Notes: generated by a model not told the origin, from the sequence alone. A stretch of DNA of 64,000 nucleotides from Lepidodermella squamata (GCA_047495785.1 JBLDXI010000033.1:1178001-1242000); one strand, 5' to 3'; positions 34,852-48,576 are shown, numbered from the stretch's first letter. Program-made: numbers and translations.

Positions 34852-36978
34852 TTATACTTCAGTGGCATCCGATTCGAGGATAACATCAATGAGGTGATTT
34901 TTGCATCGAAAGCACGGCCTGCGCCAGTTATTATTGTTATTATTAGTTGAGCATTGCGGACAGGCTGGCTTAGGGTTACTGCTAACTGTAGAAGACTTGC
35001 TGGCATTGGCTGTTTTGTTGTTGTTGTTATTATTGTTATTATTGTCATTCTCGCGGTTCTTCTTATCATGCTTATTACTGCTTCGGAATGGCTTTTTCAA
35101 GAATTCGTCGATAGGATCGTCCGATGAATTGCCGTCAGTGCCGGATTTCGGCTCGATTGTATCGTCGTGCCGGCTGAAACGAGTTCGCAAAAAGTTGGCT
35201 ATTGACGACAGATTTATGTCGGAATGCCGCCGGCGCAGAGACGTTCGAATCGCCGACGGCGTTGGACACGCACTCGACGGCTGCGGACACGGCACACTAA
35301 CGATCGACTCATCCGGAGCAGCGGAATTCTACAAAAAATTGAATAAAATTTAAAAAAAACCAAGTTTGACAGAACTAAAATTTTAACACATGAAATTTTT
35401 CGAAAAGCATGCAGGCAAATTATTTCTGAAAATAACTAAAATTAAGCTAATTTATACTAAGCTCTCGCTTTCAGGGTTATATAATACAGCGTGTCCAAGA
35501 AGATGCGCAACTATTTTTTAATTTGGCAACTTTTTGTAGGAAACTCCTCTAATTTTTTTGCAATTAAACTTGCCGAGAGAATATTCCATCTTTTATCCGC
35601 GATTTAATCGAAGAAATAAAAAATTTACCGGAGATAACCCGGAAAACCCCGATGGTAACTGGTTCGGTAATTTTCGGTAATTTACCCGGTTGGACAGAAT
35701 TTCTCCGGACAAACCCAGACCCAGACCTAAACCCAAAAAGTGACATATTCTCAGGATTTTTTCAATTTTTCTAAAAATTTTGTGGCCAGGAGATGTGGCT
35801 TCGTCTCTCATTTTGGAGTTTCTGAGCCCTTTTGTCCATTACTTACTATAAAGGACACGCTGTATCTAATATCTAAAGGTCTTCAGTAAATTTTTCGAAT
35901 TATTATTAGTAACCTGTATAACTTCCGTTTGCGGTTCTTCAATCTTCAACATGAAATTAGTAAATAAATAAAATATTATAATTCGAACCACATTGCACGG
36001 AAAATTTCCGAGAAAAATTCTGTAATAATTTAGGTCAAACTAAAAAATCGTCTAAAATTTTGTTTTTTTTTGCATGCGTCTGAAAATTTAATTTTATACC
36101 TTGTCATTGAGGCACAACATTGACCGAGCGTAGGCAGGAACTTTGCTAGCCGGCGCATTTCTCTTGCCATTCGCATCCATCTGCTTCAAATATCGATAAG
36201 TCACCGAGGCGTATTCCAAGCTTTCATCAGCCGTGCCGCCATTTTGCGGCGCCGGCGGTTTCGGAGGCGGCGGTTTCGCCTGCTGCTGGTTGTTTTGCTG
36301 CTGATGCGAAATCAACGAGGTAAAGCATGTTGTTGTCGTCTCCACAACTCGGGCCCCGTTATTGCCAGGTTGCCCGTTGCCGTTCGTTGCCATGCTTTCG
36401 TGGCGCGTCACCGATTGAAAACCCTGTTCTTTACTGGTTAAAATCGCCTTGGTTGACGTGGCGTTTAGAGAAGACCGCGCCGCGCTATTACGAGCCGATG
36501 GGTTGTAGGCGGAAAAAGCGCTGACACGACTGCTCGAGGACGAAATACTGTTAATATGACTTGTTTTATTGGCCGTCTGAGAATAATTGACAAGAGCGGC
36601 GGCGGTCTGGTGACGTGTTGACGGCTGCTCGATCGAAGTAATAGTGGTCGTATTACTTGAATTGTTAATCATAACCGGATTAGTACTCGGCTGGCCTGAT
36701 TTATGCGTGCTGCTCAGTGTCATGAAAGCGGCCGATCGCGAGCGGTGTTGATGGCTGCTGCTGTGATGGCTCGACGCGGCCGGCGAAATGGCGAGCGACG
36801 TCGGACGGCGCGGTGATGGCTTCAAAATATTATTGCCGCCATTAGCGTTATGATGATGATGGTGGTGGTGATGACTGCTATTTGTTCGATCGGCGGCGAT
36901 TACTTCGCCGTCGAAATCGTCTGGGGAAAGACCGTCGTCCGGCTCGGCCGTTGCCAGCGTCGCAGTCGCAACCATCAT
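34852..36978 (-). CDS. Low-complexity Ser/Asn/His-rich protein (~451 aa) with a C-terminal CxxC..CxxC knuckle and PDZ-binding end (-TEV); upstream exons possible
   Basis: Exons 36978-36100 and 35328-34852 join in phase 0 via GT-AG; poly-H, poly-N and PPPP tracts; ends CPQC-x12-CFRC...ESDATEV*. Confidence 0.7.
35487..35862. mobile_element. TA-flanked MITE (Tc1/mariner-superfamily type) in an intron
   Basis: TA|CAGCGTGTCC ... GGACACGCTG|TA: perfect 10-bp TIR, 376 bp long. Confidence 0.7.
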
Positions 36979-39431
36979 TTATTATTGTGTTTTTATTATA
37001 GTATTATCACACAACGATATTTTAGTAATTAATTTCTCGGCGCCGAAAAGATTTCTGCGCTTTTTTTCCCGGCGGCGAGAAAAATTTACAACATCGTGTT
37101 GTAATCAATTTTTAACAACCTATATAAATGCAATAAAATTTTGCAAATTTTTAGGCCGAATTACATGTATATAAATTTCCAATACGGCCGCAATCGTGCC
37201 AAAACACACATTGATTCGAATACACAGGTGTATTAAAATATTGGCAAAAAGTCACCTGCATGAATTTTATTTCGCTATACACACACACATTTATTAGCCA
37301 AGCTATTTAATAATGTAGGCGCGCGTTCCGTCGACGGGGCTGAAAAACCTCTATTAATAAAATTGCGGATATCGAGCACACAAAGTAATATAATAAGCGC
37401 AACATTTGCATCGCTAAAATCAGAGTAAATTTGAGCACATCGTCGCGCTACCTATATGAAAAAATCGTTATTTTAGAAGAGCGGGGAAAATTCTCAATAA
37501 TTAATGCAAGCCCGCTCTCAGATTACATTTTATTGATTCCCGAAAACTCGGCGTGTGACATGCCCCGCTTTTTTGCATTTCCGACTAGAAAATTTAGGCA
37601 TATTTTTGTTGTTTTTTCTACGCTGCGTTTTGCGTGTTTTTGTTGTTAAAACGCAAGGAAATGAAACTGTAATACCAGTGATATAAATAATGAAGTTTGA
37701 AGCAGGAATAACAGTGGGAAAGTGGCCTTTTATGAGCTGGCACGAAACTCAGTTTGGCTGCGTCGAAAGCTGGGCCAATATTTATTCGCGCAGGTTTCGT
37801 TTCTCGCGCGCGATGTTTGCGCGGCAATAATGCTATAAATATTGCAATCTAATACTTGCCGCAAGGTAGCTAGGCTGTAGGTGTGTAGGGTACAGGTCGC
37901 CTGCACGCCTATCATCACACTCCGCTAACTGCTTACAAGAGCGCGCGCGTTACAGACTGCAAACTTGAGCCGCCTTAAAAGGCGACGAGTGTTTGTTGTT
38001 TGACGCTTGGCGGCCCACTTTTCCGATACATATATGCAGCAATAATAATAATAAATATCGACCACAATAATAATAAAATTATTCCGCATGAGACATGATG
38101 TCGCCTACAGTGGCAATAATGTTGACGCCTCGCCTATAGTTTTGCCGTCGTCGCTTATTATAAGTGTATAAAACGATGTTTGTCTCTTACACCCTGCACA
38201 GCTCGATATCTATCATCTATCCATCTTTATTGCTTTACTATACAACGAGCCAGGGGACAACAAGACGACTCATTTCGCCAGGGGAGAGTCTGCTATATTA
38301 CTCGATGTAGTCGTTTTCTCACAGAAAATAATGCAATATATTGTGAGTAATGTAATAATAGTATAATAAAAGCAGAGCAGCAGGCGCGAACCAGGATGAT
38401 GAAGAAAAGTGACGAGAGACCAAACGAGCTAACAACAAAGCACGCAGATGACGGCGATGATAGCATACACGGCGGGTTTGCGCGAAAAACCAGCCATCGA
38501 TTCGGCTCACTGCCGGTAATCGAGCTGCCCGTTTCTCTCGCTCGTGTTCTATGGACACAGCCGTCAGTAAATTAACTCACGCACTCACACACAAACGCTG
38601 TCGTTTTCATTAGTATTTGTAAAATACGCATTCATATAATAGTACAAATAAAGTATTATTACAATACGTTTTTACTATCAGTTTAATATCGAATCGTGTC
38701 TTTTTCGTTCCCATCGACAATAGGGAAGGAGGGAGGGGGCCTCGTTTGAAGTATTGTAATAACAAGATGAAGAGGAAAAAAAATCGCTGTCCTCGTATTC
38801 CCCAGACGGAGAAAATCGGGGGAAAAAACTACAAAGAGTGCGCACAGATTTTTGCGTAATAACAAAATGATACGCGAAATGTACGAAAATGAGTTGAATG
38901 AATTTCGCGTGCAGTTCTGCCAAAAATATATAAGAGTGCGAGGGTGTTAAAAATAAATATTTATGGCACAGCTCGCGAAAATATATAGGTCACCAATTGA
39001 TATGACCCTAATTGTTCGAATCGGTTTAACCGTGTGTGAAACGGCATCAAGAGCAGAAAATAAACGACTACTTGAAACCTCTAGGGATACGGCAAAAAAC
39101 CTCATAAAATATCATTTCCCTAGGGCAACTGCGTTATAACAATGGTCTAATAGCCTGAAAAAATCCGAAAAATAATAAAAAAGGTAAATTATGAAAAATC
39201 CTCCTTAACCATAATTTTAGCAAGATAATGACAATTTTTGAGATGAAAGAGTTGTAATAATCAAAAGGTACTAAATTAGCCAAACTATGTGCTCGAAATG
39301 AAACGCCATCTCTTGAGTCATTTGTCGAGCTTATTGATGAAGAAATTGCTTACAAAATACGCTGATGAGGCGAGTGAGAGAGAAGCATGAAAAATGCTAC
39401 TTCATCAGTTATACACTTGCTACTTTGTAAA

Positions 39432-39479
39432 ACGAGCGGTGAGCTAAAAAGCGGTGAGCTAAACGAGCGGTGAGTTAAA
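39432..39479 (+). repeat. Short tandem repeat AGCGGTGAGCTAAA x3
   Basis: Three near-identical units visible directly. Confidence 0.7.
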
Positions 39480-41473
39480 TGGCCCGTCTCGACTCGATAA
39501 ATTGTCGAGAGTGTGCATTGAGTCAGCAGTTTTGCAAAAATATAAAAGCGCGCAGCTAATAATAAATGGACCTTATAGTTGGTTGTTGTATACTTGTTAT
39601 TATCTTATTCTCGTAGACGCAAGATGAGCAGAAATTCATGCGCACGTAGCGATGATGATAAAACAGCCATCAAACTACGCCATCTTCTTACACAATTGGC
39701 CGTATGTTCATCGTGTCGAGGGTGTGGTCAAAATCAAAAAGAAAAATTCGGCAGCTGTGTTCGAAATATAACAATAATAACATTACAATAATCTTGTTTG
39801 TTGATGGGCTGCTGGCACAATAAAATGCTATATAATTGATATATCATAATAAAACAGATTCCGGCGCATGGGCGATGCGCGTACGCCGTTCGCCTCAATT
39901 GATGGGCCATGATTGGGGCAGTGGGCCGCGCGCGCGCGCATATTATTGCGATCATCTGAACAGTGCGCGTTCACGTGGCCGACAGCGTGTAATCGTTCCG
40001 CCCCGCAGCGATGCGCGTGGCAACGTCAGTAAATCAGCATATCATCATAGCGGATAGGCTACTCGAGGCCGGCAAAGATAGACATATATATTGCCGGAAA
40101 TCTTACGATATTTATATACAAACTCAACTTCACATTTCACATTATTATTATCATAAATTGAAAAATAAAAAAAACTCATCCAGACGCGGACTTGAATTAC
40201 AGATCGGCGTACGGAAAATAACAATATTTTTGTTTTTCTCGCAATATATTCACATCCGCTGTACCGATATTGCGCTAGAAATTAGCGAAAATTTATTATA
40301 ACGAGTTCGAAGATCTCGACGATGATGGATAGACGAGATATTCGTAAAAAGGTAATGCAAAATAACAAATTAATTAAAGAGAAAACTGACCGGGGGAAAG
40401 CCCTTATATTTAATGGCCACTAATTAATTTTTAATATATAAGCGGTGCGAGCTTTTATGCGGATTGACCGCTAATAATTACGTGCGAATAAATCTACATT
40501 TTTCCGCCGCTCTGAAAGAAAAATGCCAGCAGAACGTCGTCGCGATTCGCGTTTCCAGGAGCGAATCCCTAAAAAAAACGCGATCGCTTAAAATAATAAT
40601 AAACAATGTAATGTTCACACCTTTGCTTTTTCTAAGCATTGCGAAAGTTTTTTTTACTGCCACGTGTTGATAGAAAGAAAAAAGAATTAGACCCAGCAAT
40701 ATAAAATCATCATCACGCTTTCGCACATCTTTTCTGCATATAAGAACAGCAGTGGCGCCCCAAGTGCAATCAAACGTAAAGCTAAGTAGCGCAATCGATC
40801 GTATAAGAAAAAATTAGCTTAAAAGGCGTTAAATAGCCGAGTGTCAGGTGAGCGTATTGAGCCGTGAAAAGGCCAATCAATTTATAACGCTTTGACAGCG
40901 GCCGAGCACGAGTGAAAAAACGGCTCAATAAAATAAACTTTATTGCCGGTCTTTCTCGCGCGCGCGCGCTACTTATTTGTCTCCGCGAGAGAAGAAGTCG
41001 TGTAAGAAACCGCCAGGGCCGCTTTGTTCAGAACGGCAATTAAGTGCACATCACAATAGAGCGGCGCCGAGAATAAAAAAGGCGAGCGCAATTACGCGCG
41101 AGACGACGGCGCGCCACTTTCAAAATGACACATTTTCGTTTTCATCGAAAAATAGAGCCGATTTTTGAGCTGGCGAGGCGACATGTAAATTTTCACGATT
41201 GTGTAAATCCGCTTTTGTTTGGCCCTCCCATAGCATGCCAGTTTTACAACTTCTGATTTTGACAAGGATGATGGTTTGCCGTTGAGATTAATTGTGTACT
41301 GACAGGAATTTTCAGGGCAAATCAATTCATCGATACTCCGTCACAATTTGACAACTGATAACAGGGCTTTTTATTCAATTTTTACCCTGGGCTAAAAATA
41401 TTTGACAGCTTTTCTTCTTCAAAACTCACAATGACTAAAATTTGCAGTAAAAAAGCACTTCAATTTTTTTTCA

Positions 41474-43094
41474 TTAAAAATCGACTGATTTCAACTTGTC
41501 AAAATTAGTGTTAACATAAAGCGGCGACAAGGGTGGTGTGATAAGTTCTGTCGTGCTTTCAGTTGTTTTCCGAACTCTTCTCGGCATCGGTTTTTCATCT
41601 TCAGCAGGCGGTAGACGTTTATTTGATTGGCAACGTTGTGCCTGATTCGCGAGGAATGATCGCAGGGTTAAATAGACAAAAGCCGCCGTTACGAGTGACG
41701 CGCCGATAACGCTCGACTGAGTAATGCCGTGATTTCCGGCTGGTACCAGGGTTATTTGAAGCAGGAATTGAAAGACCAACTCAGCCGGTTGAGCCAGGCT
41801 GAGAATTTTAGCTTCTAAACGCTGCGAGGCGACGATTTGCAGTAGAACACCAGCAGCAGCCGTAAAACCGACGGAGCAGCTGAGAATTCGAAATGAGAAA
41901 TCACACGGCGGCAGTCGAGCGTGACCGGTCGCGAAAGTGATGATGAACATAATTGGTGTAGTTACAAGGCCGAAGATAAATGTCACCGATGAAAAAGGCG
42001 CGGATTTCAATTTTCGAAAGACTATAAAAAGACCAGTCTGGAAAAAAATGTGATCGTTTTTGTGAATAAATTATGTACCGACTTTACCTGTAGAGCAACA
42101 ACACCCAAAGCCATGAGATAACCCATCAGATCTGTATCTCCATTTGAACTATTAGAGACTCGAGGATCGGGTTTGATTATGTAGAGCACACCTGAATAGG
42201 AAAATTCAAGGGTAACAATTTTTGATAAAAAACTAATTTAAAATTAAAATTAAACTAAAATCAACCGGTGGTTATATTTGACTAGTTAAATTCACCTTCT
42301 AGCGCTCAACTAAAGATAGTATAACAATTCTCATAGCTTAGAATGCCAGCTTTCCGGCTGTAACAAATACAAAGCATTTTGAAATTCAAAAGATTTTTTA
42401 CCAAATTGGATAAATCGAAGCGTCAATATCTGAAAACGTATTTTTGGAACCCAAAATTCCTGACCCTCATGTAAAAAATATTTTAATGCTGAAATCTCCA
42501 ATTTTTGGGAAGCGATCGAGAATTAATCCTGAAACTTCCCAAAATTTCTGATTATTTTCTGATTTTCAACGCTCTAATAACATGGTTTTTAACCCCCATT
42601 GTTACGCTACGATCAAATAACTCTTTTAATTTTGAATTACCTGTCACACAGGCCAATATTGCAGGTACATCGGTGATTTTGAGCCGTTCACCTAACAGCG
42701 GCCAGGCCGCTACAGAAGTCACAACAGGTGTGATAGCGAGAATCGTGGAGAAATCAGTCAAGCTAATGCTTTGAATAGCCATTTGAGCCAGAACAACAGC
42801 ACCAAGTCCGAGGACGGCTCGTAAAATGAGATAGACCCAAGTTCGGAGCGAAAATGAGAAATAGGGCGAGCGGCTAGCCGCAACTTGCGGCGTTGCTATT
42901 AGCAACGTAGCGACTTGCCGAAGAGTTGCGATCCATAGCGGATGAAAAGGCACGTCATCCTCGCACGTGGATAGCATGAGGTGTTTACTGGCGAAAAAGT
43001 AGATTGCGCTCAGGAAGGCCGCGCCAAGTGACGCTGAGAGGCCGAACGCCCATGACGTGCGGAATGTAACGAGACACGGGGCTTCAACAGTCAT
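41474..43094 (-). CDS. EamA/DMT (SLC35G-like) transporter, copy 4 (divergent)
   Basis: Exons 43094-42641, 42191-42088, 42037-41474; motifs LILRA, SLTDFSTILAITP, WPLLGERL; same intron phases (1, 0). Confidence 0.88.
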
Positions 43095-44063
43095 ATTTTG
43101 AGACTAGCTTGTGAAATCATTCGCCTGCGAATAAACCATTCGCTACCGAATGTCTCAGATTTGCCGTAAAGTCATCTAAAAAAATTGATGAAAAATTGCA
43201 CTCTAATAAGGCGGGAATTATCTTATTTACACCGGTGTGTATAGTTTTCCAAATTTTTATCAGAAGTAAGAAATGCACCCAGGATAACCTTTTAGAACTG
43301 CAGTAAAATGCGTCTTTCTAGGCAAGTTAGATAACTAAAAAATAAGAACAATGATAGTGTGATAGATAGTAACGGTAAAATGTCCTCGATTTCACGAAAA
43401 GAACTGTATGATCTTTCAGGTCATGGCTATTAGCGAATTTCTAAGCATCCTAAATTCTGTGAATGAAACGTAAAAAAAACTACACACGTGCTCGAATCCA
43501 ATCAAATCGTCGCGTTGATTTGCATCTTGATTCCTTATTAGGTAACAATTATTGGTATAACTATAGGAATTATTGCGTGAGTGTGGTATAAAGCAGTAAC
43601 ATGTTGTCCTTAGCAATTTTTTTTAAAACGTAGATAGGAAAATTTTAGGTCGTATATTGTTAATAATTAATTTTTTGAATTTTTAATACTTCCGTATGGG
43701 TGGAATTTCTCATTGCTTATTCATAAGCAGCTGCTCAATTAAAGCCAGCAAAAAATTATCGAGCTAATAGCTGCGTTTTAGCTGTTGGACTTATTACAAA
43801 CTTCCCCATGAGCTGAATGCTTGGTTTATGTGAAGAAGTGTAAAACGTGAGCGATCCTTAGAGGACCCCGCCCTAATTTCGGCCACTTCCTAAATTCGGC
43901 CGCTGCGTCCTAACTTCGGCCACCGGCCGAAATTTGGACACGAAGTGCTGTGCAGCAGTTTTATTTGCACGCAATTCAAGAACTTTGCATTGTTGGGCCC
44001 ATCTGTTTCATGATTTTTCAAGCACGTGATCGCAAAAAAATAATTCTAAATGCGAGCGAGCGG

Positions 44064-44529
44064 CAGAGACTTTGATTTGATTTGATTTGATTGTGATTTG
44101 ATTTGATTTAGGCCATTTTTTGATGATTTGATTTAAAAAATTTCAAGATGATTTGATTTGCAAATGATTTAGCCCCCTTGATTCACTGATGATTTAGAAA
44201 ATTCAAAACTCTCGGAACTCCCCCTGTTGCTAAACATGACAACTCATATTTGACTCGAAAACATCTGGTTTCCAATGTCTGGAGCAATTTAACTACTTTT
44301 AGACTCATTCTGCTATAACCAACCTTGAAATGTGAAAGAATCTCTTGAAAATACCCTAATACTCATATTTCGCTGGGCGAAAGATTTGATTTGATTTGAT
44401 TTAGACTGGTCTGATGATTTGATTTGATTGATTTACCATGGATTTTTGAATGATTTGATTTTAAATGATTGATTTAACAAGACCTGTGATTTACTGAAGA
44501 AATCAAATCAAGTCAAATCAAAGTCACTG
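44064..44529. mobile_element. hAT-type MITE with (GATTT)n subterminal repeats
   Basis: TIR CAG(A/T)GACTTTGATTTGA; exact 8-bp TSD GCGAGCGG at 44056-44063 and 44530-44537. Confidence 0.9.
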
Positions 44530-44547
44530 GCGAGCGGGCTTATGTCG

Positions 44548-45352
44548 AATTGTAGTTACATGCGCCCAGTTTTTTGCGCCCAGCGTTTTTGCGCCCACAA
44601 AAATGCGCCCTGACTTTTGCGCCCCGACATTTGCGCCCAGATTCAAGCGCCTTGACATTTGCGCCCGGACTTTTGCGCCCCGTATTTTAATGCCCTGACA
44701 ATTGCGCCCTGACACTTGCGCCCCGAGATTTCTTTGTTGGAAGATAACTTTGTTCTCCTAATTATATACCTTAGATCCTAATATGAACTGGCTGGTCCCC
44801 AAATACCTGCGATCTGTGATTAAAGTAGATATACCTGAACATTTTGAATTAGACTTTTCAGATATTAATAAAAAACCACCCAGGTGAAGAGATCGAGAGA
44901 GGTGATTTTAGGGTTATCGAAGGTTCGATTCCAAAAAATCAGCAGTCAATAATAAAATCGAATCCTGGAAAACAAAATCGATACCCTTATTCTACAGGAG
45001 CCAATATATTTTTTAGATATTTTTCCAGAATTTTAGGAAGTCAACCGCAGGTCTAGTGGAAAAAGTTATCAAACTTTTACCTTTCAAAATTGTACTCCTC
45101 CTGGGTAACATGAAATTAACTAACGAAGATATGAAATCATGAAATAGTTGCCATTGGCAAAGCGGAAAGAACACTGGGCGCAAATGTCGGGGCGCAAATG
45201 TCAGGGCGCATACTGGATGTGCGCAAAAGTCGGGGCGCAATTGTCAAGGCGTAAATTTATGGGCGCAGTAGTCAGGGCGCAAAAGTCAGGGCGCATTTTT
45301 GTGGGCGCAAGCACGCTGGGCGCAAAATTCTGGGCGCATGTCACCATCTACC
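44548..45352. mobile_element. Mutator/Foldback-like element with ~175-bp inverted arms built of ~14-bp TTTGCGCCC repeats
   Basis: Arms at ~44555-44730 and ~45170-45345 are reverse complements; 9-bp direct repeat CTTATGTCG at 44539-44547 and 45353-45361. Confidence 0.82.
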
Positions 45353-46761
45353 CTTATGTCGCTTCTCGAGTGCTCAGTTACCGCTACTTTGCAGGTATAA
45401 TTTACCTGAAACTGGCTCTTTAGAATTTACTGCTTTCACCTCAATAATTACCAGCTTCATTTTGGTATAAAGCATTCTATCTAAAACCACCCAGGTGAAG
45501 AGATCCAGAGGGCCAATTTTAGGGTTTTTGAGGGTTTGATTCCAAAAATTAGCAGTCAATAGGGGAATTGAATTCGGGAAAACAAAATCAATACTCTCAT
45601 TCTACAGAAGGCAAGGGATTTTTTAGATAATTTTCCAGAATTTTAGAAAGTCAACCGCAGTTAGGCTATTAGGTAGAAAACAAGTTATCAAACTTGTACC
45701 TATCAAAACAAGTTTGAGTTTCAGGCATCACGTCGTCGAGGAAAAGCTCACAGGTGAAGCAACAAAGGCAGTTTTTATAGTCAGCTTTTTGAGACAAATC
45801 TAACGATACCAAACTTATGGTATTAGTGTACCTGGATGAGGTGGCCGAAATTAGGGCACCCCGCTCCCTAATTCCGGCCGGGTGTCTGGGTGACTAAAAA
45901 ATTAGCCATAAATCAAGGTAAAATCGTCCGGACTTGCGGAAAGCGGCATTCGATAGCCTAATAACGCCTCTTTAATTCTGCTTATGCCGAATATTTTCTG
46001 AAAATTTACCTGGCTGGCAAAGTCGGAAAAACCTGAAAAGCGGCCGAAATTAGGGCGGGGTCCTCTAATTTGATCGAGAGAAAGCTATCAATGGCCTACG
46101 TCATAGAATAGGAATTAACTTTAACTCGCATGTGACCATCAGGCCATGAATTAAATTTTGCTGTCTATGATCATAGCGGTCTATAATGAGTGCTGAAAAA
46201 ACATTGCGGCAATAATGGATGAGTGGATTGAGGAAAAAAAATACTACCTAGGTATCACAAGTTATACAGGTGCGATTAAATTTAACGCGTTTTATACCTA
46301 GGTATGTAAAAAAAGTCGACAGAAGGGCAATAAATTGTGAAATAACAGCGGTCGCGACTATCTTGAGTTATTATTCTTTTCAGCATCGAGCAAATAGTTT
46401 TCTCGGCTTCCCTATGAATAGAAGTTGCATCGCTTTGCCCATAATGCATTCTGGCCAGCTACTTTGCGTGCCTTTCTCGCTAAATAATTGATTTTTTGTC
46501 TGTAGTAATAATCTCTATGCACCTGGTTCAGTACACATCAGATATAGGAAAAATCAAAACAAAACGAAGAATATGCGATATTACAGCAGAGTTTTAATCT
46601 GAGCTAGTCTCGAAATAATCACTAATAAAACGATGAGTCGCAACAAAAATCAGTAAGGAAAAATTGGAGGTAAAAAACCTCTTTATCAGCATGACATCAA
46701 TTTACACGCGAAAAAAATGATAAAGAGGAGTCATTAATGCAAATAATTTCTGTCAATGATT

Positions 46762-48576
46762 TCAGGCAACTGCGAAGGCCAGGCACTTTCGGCTGAACTG
46801 CGCGTGGTGGTACTCTTCCTTGTTGTTTTCGAGCTTTTTGATGAAATACGACCTGATGGCGAGGAAGGTCATCGCCGAGACGATGCAGAGTGCACCGATG
46901 CCGCTGAGAATGTGCGGTGCCGAGCGGAAAACGATCATCTGGAAAATGAACTGGAACACGAGTTCAACGGGCCGTGACAGGCTGAGGAGGCCGGCTGGTA
47001 AGCTTTTAGCCGCCAGGGTTTGCAGCAGATGGCCAGCTGATGAAGCAAGGCCAACGATGATGGTCAGCGCTTTTTCTTCGAACGTGCAAGGTGGCATGTG
47101 GAAGACGTCGAGAGCGAGGGTCAGCAAGAAAAATGGGCCGATAGTCAGGGCGGCGTACATGAAGGTCACGGTGGCAAAGGGGACCTTCTTGACCTTTCGC
47201 AGGGTGATGAACATCAAGCTCTAAAAATATATTGGAATATTTAAATCAATTAAAAATCATTAAAAATCAATTAAATTAAATGAAGTTTTATGCATATTTT
47301 TTCATTTTATTCGAGCTAGGAAAAATTAAAGAAAATGCTAAATGACAAGTTTTCGAGTTTCAAAACGGGTTTTCGATAACGTAGCCAATTTTTTCCGCTC
47401 AAGAATGGCATTTTGGTGAAGGGCAAGGTCCCTAAAATCTAAAATCGAACTCGACCTAACCCTAACCCCAACCTGAACCCTAACCAAGTCCTAAACCTAA
47501 ACCGCATCCATGAATCCTAAGCCCAACTCCTAATCATCGTTTCGCTGAAAACGATTGTTGAAAATATGCTCGAAAGGTTAATTGAATTCAAGAATATTTC
47601 GATATTTTACTTGATTAAGAGAAAATTCAAACCTGGAAGAAAGCAGCAGTGAAAGCGTACAGACAGCCGAAGAAAAAGTCGGTCTCTTCAGTCACGTGAC
47701 CTGAGGCGCCGAACATGAAACTCGGACGCATGATCAGAAGGACACCTGTGATGGGTTCATTAAATTGTAAAAAAATCTTCCTTAATTATTTTAAAGACTG
47801 TTTTTCATTACCAAGTTATTATTTTTTCATAATTTCCAGGCACTTTTAAAATTGAAATTTAATTTAATTTTAAAAAGTTTGAATTTAAAGTGTAAAAGTT
47901 GAATTTTTAGTTGTACATCCAATTTAATTCAATTTGTTAGTACATTATCCAGGTAATTTTGATAATTAAACTCATTGGTTAATATAAATAAATAAATTTT
48001 TATTGACATTTTTCCGTGTTAATTTTATCCTAGAAAATGAAAGTTACCAATAGCGCTTGCGATGAAAATCGGAATATCCGTCAGGCGCAGTTTCTCGCCG
48101 AGAATGGGCCAGCTGAGAAGCAGGGTCAATGCCGGCATCGTCGCAAAAATCGTCGCAAAATCGGCGAGAGACAGGCGTTGTAAGGCCATCTGAGTGCATA
48201 GCAAGTTGATGCCACCACAGGCTGATCTCAGGATGAGAAATGGCAGCTCATTGCGCTTCGTGCTGAAATAAGATCGTTTGGTGTAGGCGACCTGAGGCCC
48301 GGTTGACAGCAGGACAACAATTTGGCGGAAGCAGACCAGCCACAGCGGGTGAAGCGGGTCGATCGCCTGAGGTGACGTGAGCAGCTTTGAGAACAAGTGG
48401 TTGATTGCCAGGCTCAGGGCGGCGCCGACAACGCAAAGTAATCCGCAGCCCCAGAACGAGCTGATTTTAGCGAGGACGACGCTTTTTGGCTCTGACGTGT
48501 GCTGGTGGCCATTCGTGGCGTTGGTGCTGATCTCGTTGGTTTGTAGGCCGTTGCCGTTCGCAGTATCTTGTGTCAT
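46762..48576 (-). CDS. EamA/DMT (SLC35G-like) transporter, copy 5 (divergent)
   Basis: Exons 48576-48048, 47745-47633, 47220-46762; motifs LILRSACG, SLADFATIFATMP, WPILGEKL. Confidence 0.9.

Larger units (their letters stand above)
43861..46065. mobile_element. Non-autonomous TIR transposon (outer element) hosting two nested insertions
   Basis: 24-bp TIR GAGGACCCCGCCCTAATTTCGGCC at both ends, TA-flanked (TTA/TAA); subterminal CTAATTTCGGCC-like repeats at ~43890-43935 and ~45842-45880. Confidence 0.85.

Noticed and set aside
44555-45345. Regularly spaced GCGCCC repeats resembling a CRISPR array
   Set aside because: Units are ~14 bp with no unique spacers, form inverted arms with a TSD, and the context is eukaryotic with no cas genes.
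47452-47505. Degenerate CCCTAA/CCTAA telomere-like repeats (also ~35711-35734)
   Set aside because: Short, degenerate and intronic; more likely internal motifs of repeat elements than telomeric remnants.
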